From the NCBI GenBank assembly GCA_029865265.1, contig JAOUHG010000004.1, positions 89,835 through 153,834 on the forward strand: 64,000 nt of DNA, in the 5' to 3' direction. Position 1 is the first letter of the stretch, and each line of letters starts with the position of its first letter. Origin of the DNA: Candidatus Krumholzibacteriia bacterium. GTDB taxonomy: Bacteria; Krumholzibacteriota; Krumholzibacteriia; WVZY01; JAKEHA01. A program made the translations under genes and the position numbers. The notes under the pieces were generated by a model. The model saw nothing but the letters and a program-made list of their open reading frames with translations, had not been told where the DNA came from and searched no databases. Below are positions 63,425 to 64,000 of this stretch, one piece after another.

Positions 63425-64000
63425 ATCTTTGCGTGACCGGAGGCGCGGGCTATGTCGGATCGGTGGTCGCGGAGCGGTTGCTGGCCGACGGCCACCGCGT
63501 GACGGTGGTGGACAACCTCTCCACCGGGCACCGCGACGCAGTGCCGGCGGGGTGCGACTTGGTCGAGGGCGACGTGCGCGATGCGCGCGTAATGGCGCGC
63601 GCCCTGGGCGCATCCACCGATGCGGTGCTGCACTTTGCGGCGCTGAGCGTGGTGGCGGAGTCCGTACAGCGGCCGCTGGACTACTTCGACAACAACGTGG
63701 GCGGGACGGTGTCGATTCTGCGCGCGATGGAAAAGGCGGGCGTGGGCAGGATTGTATTCTCGTCCACGGCGGCCGTGTATGGATCGCCCGCGTCGTTGCC
63801 CATCGAGGAGGCCGCACCGTGCGTGCCCGAGAATCCCTACGGCTGGTCCAAGCTGGCGGTCGAGAAGGTGCTGGAAGCCGCGCGCGTCTCCGCCGGGCTG
63901 CAGTACGTGGCGTTGCGCTACTTCAACGCTGCCGGCGCAAGCGCGGCGCTGGGCGAAGATCACCGCCCGGAATCCCACCTCATTCCCATCGTGCTCGAGG
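63421..64000 (+). CDS. galE: UDP-glucose 4-epimerase / NAD-dependent epimerase (5' partial, continues beyond window)
   Basis: GTG overlaps the uvrA stop (GTGA). VTGGAGYVGS...VDNLSTGH...HFAA...YG.SK (Rossmann fold and YxxxK). Confidence 0.8.
   Translation, partial: MNLCVTGGAGYVGSVVAERLLADGHRVTVVDNLSTGHRDAVPAGCDLVEGDVRDARVMARALGASTDAVLHFAALSVVAESVQRPLDYFDNNVGGTVSILRAMEKAGVGRIVFSSTAAVYGSPASLPIEEAAPCVPENPYGWSKLAVEKVLEAARVSAGLQYVALRYFNAAGASAALGEDHRPESHLIPIVLE

Noticed and set aside
62063-63817. 584-aa minus-strand ORF
   Set aside because: Antisense to uvrA.
1-64000. tRNA, rRNA or other structured RNA genes
   Set aside because: The intergenic spaces are short. None shows cloverleaf-compatible or rRNA-like sequence. 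No such genes were called.

Overview
This is a 64-kb, very GC-rich (about 68-70 % by eye) bacterial chromosomal segment. The genes I believe are tightly packed, and most lie on the + strand. Every long minus-strand ORF that sits opposite a recognisable + strand gene reads as an Arg/Pro/Gly-rich shadow.

Recognisable housekeeping genes are aldehyde dehydrogenase, pyruvate phosphate dikinase, an aminotransferase, purD, purE, tsaC, kdtA, an LPS heptosyltransferase, mazG, uvrA and a partial galE. Between them is an accessory-looking surface-protein region. At least five proteins end in a T9SS type-A-like C-terminal sorting domain (PNPF ... GVY.Y ... K-rich tail). In two cases a PorV/FadL-like outer-membrane beta-barrel gene sits immediately downstream of such a protein.

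The centrepiece is a roughly 23-kb co-directional, operon-like gene string (18109..41659):
- a 4,808-aa giant repeat protein (Ig-like repeats, then CARDB-like repeats, then the sorting domain);
- a PorV-like barrel fused to a TPR domain, overlapping the giant gene's stop codon;
- a 1,407-aa megaprotein that fuses a complete partner-switching module: RsbW-like kinase, two TM helices plus HAMP, a PP2C/SpoIIE phosphatase, an HTH, and three STAS domains;
- a ParA-like ATPase, a small ORF, a TPR protein and two free-standing STAS proteins.

No sigma-factor gene is present. The terminator after the last STAS gene has been hit by a 1.2-kb IS1/IS1595-like insertion sequence with 25-bp terminal inverted repeats and a 9-bp target-site duplication.

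Other points of interest are three consecutive CBM48/AMPK-glycogen-binding-like proteins, a paralogous lipoprotein pair, tandem XRE-cupin regulators with a palindromic candidate operator, a radical-SAM/SPASM gene next to the LPS core genes, and an OmpA-family protein carrying thrombospondin type-3 repeats. I could run no database searches. All family assignments come from motif recognition in the supplied translations.
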